DNA from: Perkinsela sp. CCAP 1560/9
Taxonomy: Eukaryota > Protista > Euglenozoa: Kinetoplastea
Assembly: GCA_965644495.1 (NCBI GenBank)
Contig: CBFFSA010000006.1
Span: forward strand, 496,001-560,000
DNA: 64,000 nucleotides
Direction of reading: 5' to 3'
Within the stretch, counting starts at the first letter, position 1, and each line of letters opens with the position of its first letter. Under the pieces are notes generated by a model. The model saw only the letters and a list, made by a program, of their open reading frames with translations. It did no database searches and was not told the origin of the DNA. The translations under genes were made by a program, and so were the position numbers. Below are positions 19,611-30,759 of this stretch, one piece after another.

Positions 19611-21266
19611 ATGTTGCGTTCCGCAGTTAAGGATGAAGAAATAGAGCACAACTTACTTCTTCAACTACAGGCCGAAGGCAAAATTATTGATTCGAAAGCG
19701 TTTGCAGACTTTAATAAAATCGATCATCAACGTGTGATCGGAATTGTTAAATCACTTCAATCCTCAGACGCGGTCCTAGGAACACTACATTCACGATCTC
19801 AATGGAAACTTACATCCGAAGGTATTCGTATCAGCCTCGAAGGATCTCCGGAGTACCAGGTTTACCGTATTGTTAAAGAAAACGGGGGAATACTTCCAAG
19901 AAACGGCATACTTCATGAATTGTCCGAAGCTCGTCATAAGGACTTGTCAATAGAAAATCAGTTCTCTAGTAAGACCCTAATAGAACGATCGACTCCGCAG
20001 GTCACTGCTTCTAAAACTCCATTAGAGCAAAAACTAAGAAGTAAAAGTGCTGGCGAAATCACACTCGATCTTGCTATGTGCAACGGAGCTCGTAGCGGCA
20101 TGCTAAAAATTGCTAAACAAGGCGGTATCGCTTATATCTGCGTTGGAGGAGATTTTCCGGTGGATGCTGTCCAGCAACAATGTTGTTCTGTGAAGGAAGG
20201 TGTAGAATTAGATGATGGGCAGTATAATTTGCTGAAAAAGCGCCAGTTGGCCATTCTTGAAAAGGAAAAATACTTTTCTCTGGAAAAAGGTCCAAATTTT
20301 TCGCTCGTGAGGACAAAGGAGGAAACTGATCTTACGCGTGCCATGCTTCAGTCGGGTTCTTGGAAATCAAGTGTGTTCAAATCGTATAATTTTGAAGCTG
20401 ACGGCATACGGCCGGCTACAGGAGCTCTGCACCCACTGATGAAGATACGCCAAGAGTATCGAGAACTTTTCTTGGAACTAGGATTTCAAGAAATGAAAAC
20501 GGACGACTTTGTCGAATCTAGTTTCTGGAATTTTGATGCTCTCTTCGTTCCTCAACGACACCCAGCGAGAGATATGCAAGACACCTTTTTCTTATCTGAA
20601 CCGGAGTCTTGTCCAGAACAGTTTCCTCCGGATTACGTGCAATCCGTGCGTGATGCTCACGAAAGTGGCAAGGGCTGCGACAGCACTGGGTACAGCTATC
20701 AATGGTCCGAGAAAGAAACACGGAAAAATGTCCTTCGTACACACACAACAGCTGTGACGGCGCGAAAGTTATATGAAATTGCACAACGTGCGCTTCGAAC
20801 ATGCCAAGACCCGATGCCTGGGAAGTACTTCTCTATCGATCGTGTCTTTCGCAACGAGGAAATGGATAAGACGCACTTGTGTGAGTTTCATCAAGTGGAA
20901 GGGTTTATCATTGATCGAAACCTGTCGCTCGCCCACATGATGAGTGTACTGAAGCAATTTTTCCTGAAGATCGGAATCGGGGAGCTTCGATTTAAACCTG
21001 CTTATAATCCATACACAGAACCATCCATGGAGATTTTTGGATATCATAGGACGCATCAAAAATGGGTTGAGGTGGGAAACAGCGGCGTCTTCCGTCCTGA
21101 AATGCTCCGTCCCATGGGATTCGGTCCTGATGTTACGGCCATTGCTTGGGGTTTATCTCTTGAACGACCTACGATGATCAAGTACGGCATACATAACATA
21201 CACGATTTGGTCGGTCTGAAGGTTGACCTTGGATTTATCAAGCGCTCACCGTTGTGTAGAATGTGA
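19611..21266 (+). CDS. FARSA: Cytosolic phenylalanyl-tRNA synthetase alpha subunit
   Basis: GALHPL, FWNFDALFVPQRHPARDMQDTF, LRTHTTAV, FRNE, EFHQVEG, YNPYTEPS, AWGLSLERPTM. Confidence 0.97.
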   Translation: MLRSAVKDEEIEHNLLLQLQAEGKIIDSKAFADFNKIDHQRVIGIVKSLQSSDAVLGTLHSRSQWKLTSEGIRISLEGSPEYQVYRIVKENGGILPRNGILHELSEARHKDLSIENQFSSKTLIERSTPQVTASKTPLEQKLRSKSAGEITLDLAMCNGARSGMLKIAKQGGIAYICVGGDFPVDAVQQQCCSVKEGVELDDGQYNLLKKRQLAILEKEKYFSLEKGPNFSLVRTKEETDLTRAMLQSGSWKSSVFKSYNFEADGIRPATGALHPLMKIRQEYRELFLELGFQEMKTDDFVESSFWNFDALFVPQRHPARDMQDTFFLSEPESCPEQFPPDYVQSVRDAHESGKGCDSTGYSYQWSEKETRKNVLRTHTTAVTARKLYEIAQRALRTCQDPMPGKYFSIDRVFRNEEMDKTHLCEFHQVEGFIIDRNLSLAHMMSVLKQFFLKIGIGELRFKPAYNPYTEPSMEIFGYHRTHQKWVEVGNSGVFRPEMLRPMGFGPDVTAIAWGLSLERPTMIKYGIHNIHDLVGLKVDLGFIKRSPLCRM

Positions 21267-21618
21267 GCTATTTGTCCCTTCGAGTTTAATATTAGTGTCG
21301 TTAGTTATTCGGCGAGGGAAATAATCTAGCGTACCTGTTATAGAGTGTTATACAGTGCTATACAGTGTATGTTCTTACTTACATGTACATCGTATGTCAC
21401 AATCCGAATATCCGAGCTGGGCGGCGAAATACCGAAAACTAAGAAAACGTATATTTTGATCAGGAATGAAGTTTTATCTTTATCGCAAAATAGTGTGCCA
21501 CAAAAACTAGGATAGAATTGCATAAAAATGATCATTGCATCTAAATCACAATCCTCTTTAACGTTTCCATAAGCTGTCATAAGCACAGTATGCAGGTGTA
21601 TATAATTCATTTCAATAC

Positions 21619-22392
21619 ATGCGTCTTAAAATGAACATTCTTCCCGTTCCGCTACTTAAGGACAACTATGCCTATATCTTACGATGTTCCACTACCCAAA
21701 CAACGGCCATAGTAGATGCCCCGCATGGGGATCTGTCCCCACTCTACGCCTCCTTATCCACCACCCCGAGTCATGTTCTCACGACTCACAAACATCTCGA
21801 CCACTGCGGGGGTAATTTGGAGCTCAGTCGCCGGTACCCCGGAATTGAAATCGTCGGAGGGGCGACCGAGGAGATTCCAGCGGTCACAAAAAAGGTAAAT
21901 CATGGGGAGGAGTTCGCCTTGGGTGCGCTGAGCATTCGTGTACTACACACCCCTTGTCACACTACCGGACATGTGTGTTATTACGTATCTTCCAGACGCG
22001 AAGGCCCGGGTTGTGTTTTCACGGGAGATACACTGTTTACTGCGGGAATCGGGGCATTTTTTGAAGGCACGGCAAGCGATATGGTGGGTAGTTTGAAGAC
22101 GCTGTTAAGACTCCCTTTGTCCACTCAGGTTTATTGCGGGCATGAATATACGGAGAGTTTTCTTGAGCGTGCGAGAAATGTGGAGAGTGATAACATGGAT
22201 GCTTTGCAGATGGCGGCGGAAGTGCGAAAGAAGCGAGAAGACGGACACCCCACAGTGGGAACAACTTTGGCTGAAGAACTCAAGTATAATGTTTTTCTTC
22301 GATGTCTGTACCCGGAACTGCAAAAGTCGTTTGGCATATACGATGAAATATGTCTATTAGAGAAAGTGTACTCAATGACTCGGAGGAAATGA
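21619..22392 (+). CDS. GLO2: Glyoxalase II (hydroxyacylglutathione/trypanothione hydrolase)
   Basis: DNYAY, THKHLDH, TPCHT.GH, FTGDTLF, CGHEYT; alternative ATG at 21631. Confidence 0.93.
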   Translation: MRLKMNILPVPLLKDNYAYILRCSTTQTTAIVDAPHGDLSPLYASLSTTPSHVLTTHKHLDHCGGNLELSRRYPGIEIVGGATEEIPAVTKKVNHGEEFALGALSIRVLHTPCHTTGHVCYYVSSRREGPGCVFTGDTLFTAGIGAFFEGTASDMVGSLKTLLRLPLSTQVYCGHEYTESFLERARNVESDNMDALQMAAEVRKKREDGHPTVGTTLAEELKYNVFLRCLYPELQKSFGIYDEICLLEKVYSMTRRK

Positions 22393-22424
22393 TTTTTCTT
22401 CTACTATGCATCTACTACACTGTA

Positions 22425-23183
22425 CAGTGGTGTCTTTTACTCCCCCCTACAGGTCATTTATTTTGTTCGATTTTAGAAATATTTTGTATGGGACTGTTTT
22501 TCGACCCAATCGTTCCGAATCTGAAGTCCTTTTCACTCGTGGACACCTACTTACATGTATATCATTCCTAAATTGAAAACAAACTGCCAAAAACTCGCTA
22601 ATTTTTTTCAAAATTAGAAATTGTTTTTCAAAATTGATACATTTTTTGGTGATTCATGACGAAGAAGCAAGGCCCCCTGTGTTTACCTTCCTCTCGCGTG
22701 CGCCCCGAGATGCGCACGGCACTCGTGATCGAATACGAGTAACTTGAGTCCCATAAGGCAGTCGCAAAACTTCAGAAATTTAACCCCGGGTCCATCATTG
22801 TAACTTTTCGTTTTTTTTCCGAAGATCAACCGGAAACGTTTAAGAATATCTTCTGGAACTATCGTAAGCGTTTACTCTTGGTCAAGGAGGCCAAAGGGCA
22901 TATTACTAAATACTAGAAAATACTTTACACTCCTTTTCCGCGTCTTCTGACTTAATTTACTACTGTTTTTCATCCGAAACATTCGAAAAAGTACACCCAA
23001 AAAGTTGTAATTAGCTTTTTTGACCCCTACCTGGCTAGGAGGTAGGGGGTCGCTCGAGTGAAAAGGACCCCGAATTCGGAAGGGTTGGGTCGAAAAACGG
23101 TGGTATACCAAATATTTCCAAAATCGGACGAAATACAAGACCTGTAGGGGGGGGGGGGGGGTAAAAGAGGCTGATCACCACTG
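22425..23183 (-). mobile_element. Tc1/mariner-type MITE, copy 2 (759 bp), inverted relative to copy 1
   Basis: TA|CAGTGGTG...TCTTTTAC ... GTAAAAGAGGCTGATCACCACTG|TA; the interior is the reverse complement of 13372-14136 with scattered differences. Confidence 0.93.
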
Positions 23184-23285
23184 TATCTAGTGTGGTAAAA
23201 CAGCAGAGAACGTATGGGCTGTGTCGGTTCTTTTCTATTCTTATTGACCTTGAAACATTTGACATCTTGTAACAATATATATACA

Positions 23286-25052
23286 ATGCGCGGGCACCCT
23301 CTGCCTGGTGGTTACAGTCCGCTCCACCATTTTTCAATGGAATCTAGGTACGTAGCACGAAATTTCGAAGAATTTAAGACCATTGTGAGCAATCCGGGCC
23401 CCTTTTCCGTGAAATACTCTAGAGATTATCTAGAGTGGTACTGGAAAGCCTACCAAACAAAGGTAAAGAATCATGAAAAGAAAAGCGAATTTGAGAATAA
23501 AGACTGCAATGAAATGTTAGATAGCCACACGCCTCGTCATTTATATACCATGCCTCCTACCTCTGCTCGACGCAAAGAGCATGAAAGAGCCAAAGCAGGT
23601 GCTCAATTGGTCATAGATCGGTGTGCCCGTCGGCACGCCTTACTAGATGTTTGGGAAAGGAAACCGCAGTATCCCCATATTGATCTTTTCAATTCGGTGA
23701 CTTCTTCGCATATTCACGAATTAGTCCGCAAGTTTCTTGATTTGTCGGTTAGTGTTGCTTCTTTTTGGATTCGCATAGTTATGTTCGCAACCCTAATTAT
23801 TCACAAGTATCCTGAAACATTTTCTAAAGTGGCCCCACAACTTAAGGAAGTTATTGAGAAAGTTTCATGGGATCGCTCGTCAAAAGCTGCCGGAAATTCA
23901 CCCACCAAAAGATTACATGATATGATGAATAATCTGCTGCGAAGATACGACATTCATAATGCAGTCGAAGCTTCCCTTGTTCTATCTTGCTTAGAAAGAG
24001 ACTCACTTTCGGCATTAAATGTCCAAACGGATTCCCCCAAAATCAATCTTCAGGAATACCACTTTGTTTCTCTGCATACGCACGTTCCACAATCCACAGA
24101 TGCTCTGTTTAAAGAAGAAAATCTGGCATTATTGAGATGCTATTTGTATGCTGAGATGAATTCATGGGTCCCTAGTCCCGTTTTCCGAGCCCATCCAGCC
24201 GCTAAAGAAGTCGTTACGTTACCAAGCTCTGACCTTTCGCGCATACCATCTCCAGAGAGCGTACAATTTTTCTTTGCTGCGAGCGTTCCTCAGATTCGAA
24301 GGCTCGAAACGCGTTTAAAGGAAGCTACGATGATACATCGGCAGATCGCCCTACAAGATGACAAATATATTAATCCTCGAACACTGTACAACCCCAAAAC
24401 GTTTCGTGCAGAAATACGAGATGAAATCAGTATAAAAATGGAGCGTGCATTGCTAAAGTATGAAGGAGCTTCAAGGCGCTTGAAGCCACGCAGTCCAGAA
24501 GAAGAAGCTGAAGAATTGGCTAGTCAAGGCAGTACTCAAGTGAAACCATCCCTTTATTTTTTTGCGAGACGTCTTAAAGCAGAGCCAACTGTTTCCCTTG
24601 CGCTTTCCATGGATAGTGGAGGAGAAGTTCGCCGCAGACTATTTGATGCAGCGAAGGAGATGTATCTTGAGCGGTTGCACTATTTTGATGATCGTTTGCG
24701 TTACTTGCACAATCAACAAAGTAAGGTAGCGCTGACTCTGTTGGATAAAGCCATAGAAGATACGATTCGCCATCATGAAAAATTATTCGGTTCGAGGTTA
24801 CATCTCGGGGCTGGTGCAGCACTTTTTTTGAATGGTTCTCATGTCCCCTTAGCGGAACGACACTTCGACGAATATGGTGCTCATAGTCGACAGACTAGAG
24901 AGAATTACGCACGGCGTTATATTTCTCCTATGGACCGACCGAGTGCAGAACAGTCTTTCAGCACTACAACATCGTCGGAGGGGACTGAATCGTCTGTTCA
25001 CGGAGATACTCAAAATTTGGAAGACATGCCTACCTCTCCAGAAAGCCCATAG
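23286..25052 (+). CDS. Kinetoplastid mitoribosomal small-subunit protein (mS52-like)
   Basis: YLEWYWKAY, ARRHALLDVWERKPQYP, ELVRKFL and KEENLALLR resemble recalled T. brucei mS52 blocks. Confidence 0.65.
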   Translation: MRGHPLPGGYSPLHHFSMESRYVARNFEEFKTIVSNPGPFSVKYSRDYLEWYWKAYQTKVKNHEKKSEFENKDCNEMLDSHTPRHLYTMPPTSARRKEHERAKAGAQLVIDRCARRHALLDVWERKPQYPHIDLFNSVTSSHIHELVRKFLDLSVSVASFWIRIVMFATLIIHKYPETFSKVAPQLKEVIEKVSWDRSSKAAGNSPTKRLHDMMNNLLRRYDIHNAVEASLVLSCLERDSLSALNVQTDSPKINLQEYHFVSLHTHVPQSTDALFKEENLALLRCYLYAEMNSWVPSPVFRAHPAAKEVVTLPSSDLSRIPSPESVQFFFAASVPQIRRLETRLKEATMIHRQIALQDDKYINPRTLYNPKTFRAEIRDEISIKMERALLKYEGASRRLKPRSPEEEAEELASQGSTQVKPSLYFFARRLKAEPTVSLALSMDSGGEVRRRLFDAAKEMYLERLHYFDDRLRYLHNQQSKVALTLLDKAIEDTIRHHEKLFGSRLHLGAGAALFLNGSHVPLAERHFDEYGAHSRQTRENYARRYISPMDRPSAEQSFSTTTSSEGTESSVHGDTQNLEDMPTSPESP

Positions 25053-25634
25053 CTCATACCAAATTTGTAAGAACTCATTAATATATCGATTTTTGTATGT
25101 TCATGATTCGTTAAGAAGACTTTGCATCCAAGGATGCAGAGCGATACTGCACATCTTGTACAATCTGAAACAAAGTTCTCTTCACTTTGCTCTAGTTGCT
25201 TATTCCTTCAGTGAAACGTGCACAATAGTAATGTACAACTGTATATTCAACCTATTACGAAAAGAAAAAAAGCGAGAGTGTCGAGTTACGAGGTTTAATG
25301 TCTTTGCGGCGACGTCAGGCCTGCCGTGTAATATGTTATTTGAATCTGCATAAAGCCTACAAGCCACAGCTTCAGTCTCCAAAACTTCTTTTGCGGTAAA
25401 CAATGTACTTGTTCCTTTCTGCATACTGATAGATGATCTACATCTGTGTACCTAAGATCTGTATATTATGGTATGTGAATGGAAGAATGATTATTCCAAC
25501 AATCCAGTGCACTTCATTGTCTATTAGTGTGGTCATTGGGGCTTTAAAATGCTACGAATTACAACATACCACTGCCAAAATGAAATGATCCTTCTAGAAA
25601 TATTTTTATTAAACTTACATATGCTTTGGTCAGC

Positions 25635-27194
25635 ATGCAAATGGAAACGGAAAAGAATTTGAAAACAGTCAAGGTACGTCGAAAATGGAAGGGTCCTATA
25701 TCAGTTCAACGAGACCCTGAAGAAGCTACTGTGGTAAAGGACATAGGAAAAGATCCAGAAGAAGAGAAGTCTGATAGCGAACCAGAATTCGTGCTAGACA
25801 TTGACCCTTCCGAAACAAATCCCGTAGTTGAGCCTGAAAGGAAAGTTTTATTAACCGGAGAGCAATCTGCCACGCAAAAGAATAAACCGCAAGCTCGTAT
25901 ATTTGACCCCGCTCTACGTCATATAAAGAAACCTCGTCATACGCACCGTGAACTTGCGCTTTTTCTAAAATCGAATTTAGATACTGCAGAAAAGCAAAAA
26001 CTGGAAAACGTATCGACTGAAACGACATCCTATTCCCAGAGTACAATCACACCTATTGAATTTCTACAACGCATTCGAAAACCGAAGATAGCTGGTAAAC
26101 GGAAGCAGTTTAGCAGAGAATATGCAACCGACTCGGCAACACCCACGTTACACAGAACAAATACTTCCACCAATGATATTGTGTCAGAATCTCGTGTCGA
26201 GCGAAGGCACGAATACAATTCAATAGGATTTCCATGGGTAACGGGCATTGTCGACAACAGTGATCTCCGGCCTCCTCCGAACGTCGAATGGTGGGATGCG
26301 GATTGGATGGAACCTCTGGACTTCTCCACGTTGGACCCCGCTAATCTAGAAAATCTGTCCGCCACAATGAAAAAGTCCACTCCTTTAGTAATGTACGGTC
26401 ATTCAGCTATTCAAGATTCCACGAGAAATGGAAATCTTAATCCTTTAAGTATCCAACCCATTGCCGAACGTGCAGAAGTTTTACCAAAAACAAAATCTGA
26501 AAGGAAAAAAGAACGACGCATTCGGAGGAAAGAAAAGGCTGAAAAAGGTCGGCAGGCTATACGTCGCGGGGAAGTCGAGCCTCCAGCTCCCAAACTTACC
26601 TTGAAAAACGTACAAAAAATTCTTCAAAATCGAAAGGTGGCACAAATGGATCCCACTGCTCAAGAAATGCTTGTTTTGGAAGATCAAGCACGTCGTATTG
26701 AGGCTCACGAACAGCGTAACGCTGTTCGCAAGCTCAGTTCAAAAGAACGGGGAGAAAAAGTACGGCTCAAGCGGGAGGCAGACGCCAAAATTAATCCCAT
26801 AAGGTCCGTTTTTCGAATTGATTTTAAAAATGGGGAAACAGGGAAATCGTTGTACAAAATCTACACCAACGGAACGCAACTCCATGCGTGTGGGCTCGTC
26901 TTGAGTGTAGGTACAATGGGTATCGTTATTTTGGAGACAGGTCGCAAGCCCACAGGAAAACTATACACCCTTCTGACGCGACGAATGCGAAATGAGGTTG
27001 ATGCCATACTAGTGTTTCAAGGTCCACTATCTGCATCTCAATTTAGAGCATTTGAGCGGAGAGAATTTTCACATGAGGTAACAGCTAGAATTTATTTGAG
27101 GGATCGGCAGTATGAATTAGCATGGGATTCGGTGCTAAACACGACGCAAGCTTCAACGCCGGTGAACAGCGGGAATATTCAGGAAGATCAATAA
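25635..27194 (+). CDS. PRP3: U4/U6 snRNP protein Prp3
   Basis: PNVEWWD, TKSERKKERR, PPAPKLTLKN, DPT, HEQRNAVRKLS..ER.EK; C-terminal ferredoxin-like domain. Confidence 0.88.
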   Translation: MQMETEKNLKTVKVRRKWKGPISVQRDPEEATVVKDIGKDPEEEKSDSEPEFVLDIDPSETNPVVEPERKVLLTGEQSATQKNKPQARIFDPALRHIKKPRHTHRELALFLKSNLDTAEKQKLENVSTETTSYSQSTITPIEFLQRIRKPKIAGKRKQFSREYATDSATPTLHRTNTSTNDIVSESRVERRHEYNSIGFPWVTGIVDNSDLRPPPNVEWWDADWMEPLDFSTLDPANLENLSATMKKSTPLVMYGHSAIQDSTRNGNLNPLSIQPIAERAEVLPKTKSERKKERRIRRKEKAEKGRQAIRRGEVEPPAPKLTLKNVQKILQNRKVAQMDPTAQEMLVLEDQARRIEAHEQRNAVRKLSSKERGEKVRLKREADAKINPIRSVFRIDFKNGETGKSLYKIYTNGTQLHACGLVLSVGTMGIVILETGRKPTGKLYTLLTRRMRNEVDAILVFQGPLSASQFRAFERREFSHEVTARIYLRDRQYELAWDSVLNTTQASTPVNSGNIQEDQ

Positions 27195-27608
27195 TGTTTT
27201 GATGTTATGCCCTAGCTATAGTAGTTGGACCACATTTTTAACATACTCTCCTGAGCAGCAGCTCCAGAAAATATGAAGCAGTGCTGTGAAGCAGTTGCTG
27301 TGTGTTTATCGTCATAGTTCTATAAGTTCATGCCTGGAATCCTTCAATGAGCAATGGAGCGTCTACAAAGAATCTAGCGTCCAGAAACTATTAAGGGTAG
27401 ATAAAAACGAAATCTTATTAGTATTACTATTTGTATTTAGTGGTGAAACGGTTTACTACCAAAGGAAAATTCAAGAATCCGAAATCAAAATTTAGACTAA
27501 ACTACAGTGAGGTATAGAAGCATCGTATATTTTATTTTGAGTTGTTTTCTTTGAATTGTTTCCCACACTCATGTATCGGGTGTACAGGATAGCTGCGATA
27601 GAAATCTA

Positions 27609-28118
27609 ATGCGCCAAACCAAGCGTTTGTTGGCTCAGAGGACTGTAATATTTTTGCATCGCCTCACATTACGTCCGAAGCAAGTCCTGAACTCTACGCG
27701 AGTGTTCACGTCGGAGGATATTGCAGCATATTCTGCTCTTACCGGTGATAATAACCCCTTGCACGAAATAGCTGAGATTCCTCGGAGCCTCGGACTTGCA
27801 CGTGCCTCTGATAAGCGGCTTGTCCCCGGTTGGCTCACTGCATCACATTTCAGCGCCCTTATGGCCAATGTTCTCCCTGGACCCTATTGTATATATCGTT
27901 CGCAAGCCCTACAATTTCGTGCTCCTGTCTACGAAGGGGATGTTGTGCGGTATGAAATTCGTGTTTTGCGACACTGCTCTCGATCTGGGATGGTTTCACT
28001 ACTCACCATGGCCTACGTCGGTGAGTCTTGTGTTCTTGAAGGTAGGGCAGAAGGAAAGCATGTCCCTCCATCTAAAGCGTTGTCCCAAGCACAGCAGGAA
28101 ATCAACAAGTCAGAGTAA
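27609..28118 (+). CDS. MaoC-like (R)-hydratase / 3-hydroxyacyl dehydratase, probably mitochondrial
   Basis: YSALTGDNNPLH, LVPGWL, LPGP..IYRSQALQFRAPVYEGD; basic N-terminal presequence. Confidence 0.85.
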   Translation: MRQTKRLLAQRTVIFLHRLTLRPKQVLNSTRVFTSEDIAAYSALTGDNNPLHEIAEIPRSLGLARASDKRLVPGWLTASHFSALMANVLPGPYCIYRSQALQFRAPVYEGDVVRYEIRVLRHCSRSGMVSLLTMAYVGESCVLEGRAEGKHVPPSKALSQAQQEINKSE

Positions 28119-28275
28119 AGTTCGGACCTTTTAACCTTATCCGGTGCAGTCAAGACGCGGATTTTTTTAAGTCGAATCTAACATAAAATTTATTTTTAAT
28201 TGAAATTTGGTATTGGATCTATGTCTCCCAGCACAAGCATCTCCTGAATAGTTGAATTATTTTTCAAGACAATTA

Positions 28276-29867
28276 CTTCCCCCCCTACTTATGCGCAACC
28301 GTTTGACCCGGCCACTTAAGCGCAATTTTGACACATCGTTCAGAAGAACAGCGCCGCAAAGCGGCGCGATTTTTTTTTTGTGGTACGAATTTTTGTACCA
28401 ATTTTCGCCGCTGTTGAAATGGAGAGTCTGCAGGTAGTCCCGTTGGGCGTTCAAAAATGATCTCCAGCGATCTCCTCTGATCCACACTGACCTCCACCGA
28501 TCTGTACGGCGAGTCTTTGCATGCTATACTGTACTGTACATCAGAGGAACTCTCCTGCCACGTACTGTACGCTTTTGAAATGATCAGTGCACCAGCGTGC
28601 GGCACCGCCTAGATGTGGGGCGGGTAAAGATAACGTCGGTAACTGCACTACAAATGCATGATAAACTAAACTTTAATTTATACACTATTTCGGACCCATG
28701 CTGTTAAAAGTCCATTCTTTTCCTACAATTGATCGGGTGCTCGCAAAAAAGGCGCTTACTCCGTGATGTGGTCATTTGAGGGCATAAGTAACCATACAAG
28801 CGAAGTACTGTACCTCCTCCCTAGTTATCTCTCACACGTCACCCCCTGTCCGACTGATCTTCCAATGAATCGGTAAACCCTTCGAACTTCGAAAAATTAC
28901 CTACAGCGTTCGCAACCGGTCGCCATTGGTTGCCACCGTTCGACAGCGAGCTACAGGTACCGTCTGCACCCCCTCCGCTGATGGTACTGACGCCTACCAA
29001 CTACCATTTTCTTTCATTATTTTTTATAACTATAATTATACACTGCCGACTAATATTATTGAGTTTTTAATTATTGGCGAAGCTACGCAACTTTTAATTA
29101 AAAAATCAATAATTTTTGTGCCAATAATTTTTGCAGAAATTTGTACACATCGACAAACAACAGGGGCGGAAAAAACCCAAAATTAGGTCAAAAGGGTTTT
29201 TTGTGCTCACAAAAAGATTCAAGATTTTTTACGGGGAAGAAAATTGCTTTTCACCAAAAAATTATTATACCTAGGAGGTACAATAAGTGTCCCTTGGTAT
29301 AACCAGGAAGGTGGTTTACATCTCTCTAATTTTGTTAAATGCGTTGCGAAGGGCAGGTTATTAAGTGGTCATTAAGTGAGGGGCTGCGGGTGTGTGATCT
29401 CACATGATTTCACGGCCGGGTGTTGAGATAAAGCCAATCCTGCTCCTACGTCAAATCCTCTCATGAAATTTGAGTTTTTGTGCAAAATCTATGACACTCT
29501 TCTCTAAAAAGTGACTGCCAAGATCAGACCTCATGAGAAATTCAAAAATAAAACAAAAAAAAATGTTTCTCGCCCAACATTGACAGCTTTTAATTAAAAA
29601 AACAATATTTTTTGTGTCATGAAATTTAGCGATAATAATTTTTGGCTTGGGTGTATTTCATTTTTAGTTATAAAATATAATTCATAAAAATTAATGAAAG
29701 GGGGAGTATGTAAAAAGCAGCCCCCCAGGGTACCCCGCGTACATAACTCATGATTGAAACACGCGCCGCGAAGCGACGCGAAATTTTTTTTCACCCCTTT
29801 TTTTGACCCGGCTACTTATGCGCAATTTTAGGCCAAAACCTGGTTGCGCTTAAGTGGGGGGGGACAG
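28276..29867. mobile_element. 1.6-kb non-autonomous TIR element (CTGTCCCC family), TA-flanked
   Basis: TA|CTTCCCCCCCTACTTATGCGCAACC ... GGTTGCGCTTAAGTGGGGGGGGACAG|TA; subterminal repeat TTGACCCGGCYACTTAWGCGCAATTTT near both ends. Confidence 0.8.
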
Positions 29868-29934
29868 TAGCACCTAAATTGCGCAAAAAATCTAATTATT
29901 CTTAAATTCTTCATGCTTCTCGTTACACATGCTT

Positions 29935-30759
29935 TCATCTATCTTCAAATCCTAGTCTGTTTGCCCGACAGTTTAGTTCAATCTTTAGTTGGTTGTTCTG
30001 GATTTCTACGATGTTATTAGAAACACCTTCGCTGGTAACCCACTCTATTCGGTGGTTTACAACCGGTACAACCTGGTTTACAACAAGGTAACTAAGTGCC
30101 AAGCTTGCACGCCATCCGTCAACTGCACGCCACCGTGCGCGTCCCAGCGCATGGGGCAAATGCAGCACATGGGGCGTCATTGTAGACTCTGATCGATTCA
30201 CTAGGCTTTTTACAAAGACTTTATGTGTCTTATCGGTCACATTACCACCAAGGTGTGGAAACATTGTTGGTCCTGCTTGGCTCCGATTACATCTCCCCCC
30301 TCTTCACCTTACTCGTACAAGTCTCATCTTTTTGCATAAAATTAACGGTTCCTCCTTAAGCCAACGAATATCGTGAGCTTGAAACACTAAGAATATTGCT
30401 TTCTTGAGAAAAACGAGTAATGGTCTTGACATTCACCTTTGATGCATAACAACAAACTTATATTACGATGCTTCCGCTATACCGTAGAGCATAATCAAGG
30501 TTTCCTTCGCCGTACTGCGCCGCCGTTTGTTGAACAAGGGTCCATCCTTCCAGAACTTCGCTCGACAAGCGTGTCTATCACAACAAAACCAGTAGTTTTC
30601 TTTCAGTTTGTATGCGACTTCCTCTGTATGACAGGATTTCCGACAAGAAACGTTCTGAAAAAATAGGTGGTGCCTACAAAACCACGTTACTATTTGGTCT
30701 TCGCTTAAATGAGATGCATACGTACGACGTTCAGAGACTGATACGCACGTTTTTCGCAC
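29935..30759 (-). pseudogene. Decayed Merlin / IS1595 (ISXO2-like) DDE transposase
   Basis: Minus-strand fragments in order: Zn-ribbon (CRKSC...WFCCDRHAC), QKDET near 30326, LVNRSESTMTP, AVDGWRA, VNHRIEWVTSEGVSNNIVE; broken by stops and frameshifts. Confidence 0.82.

Noticed and set aside
28209-28229. GGTATTGGATCTATGTCTCCC as a Merlin TIR
   Set aside because: No convincing inverted partner or TSD found beyond 30760 or 32789.
28285-28950. Possible pogo/CENP-B-like transposase relic on the minus strand of the 1.6-kb TIR element
   Set aside because: Only faint W-containing helical patterns among many stops; no DDE/DDD motif could be read.
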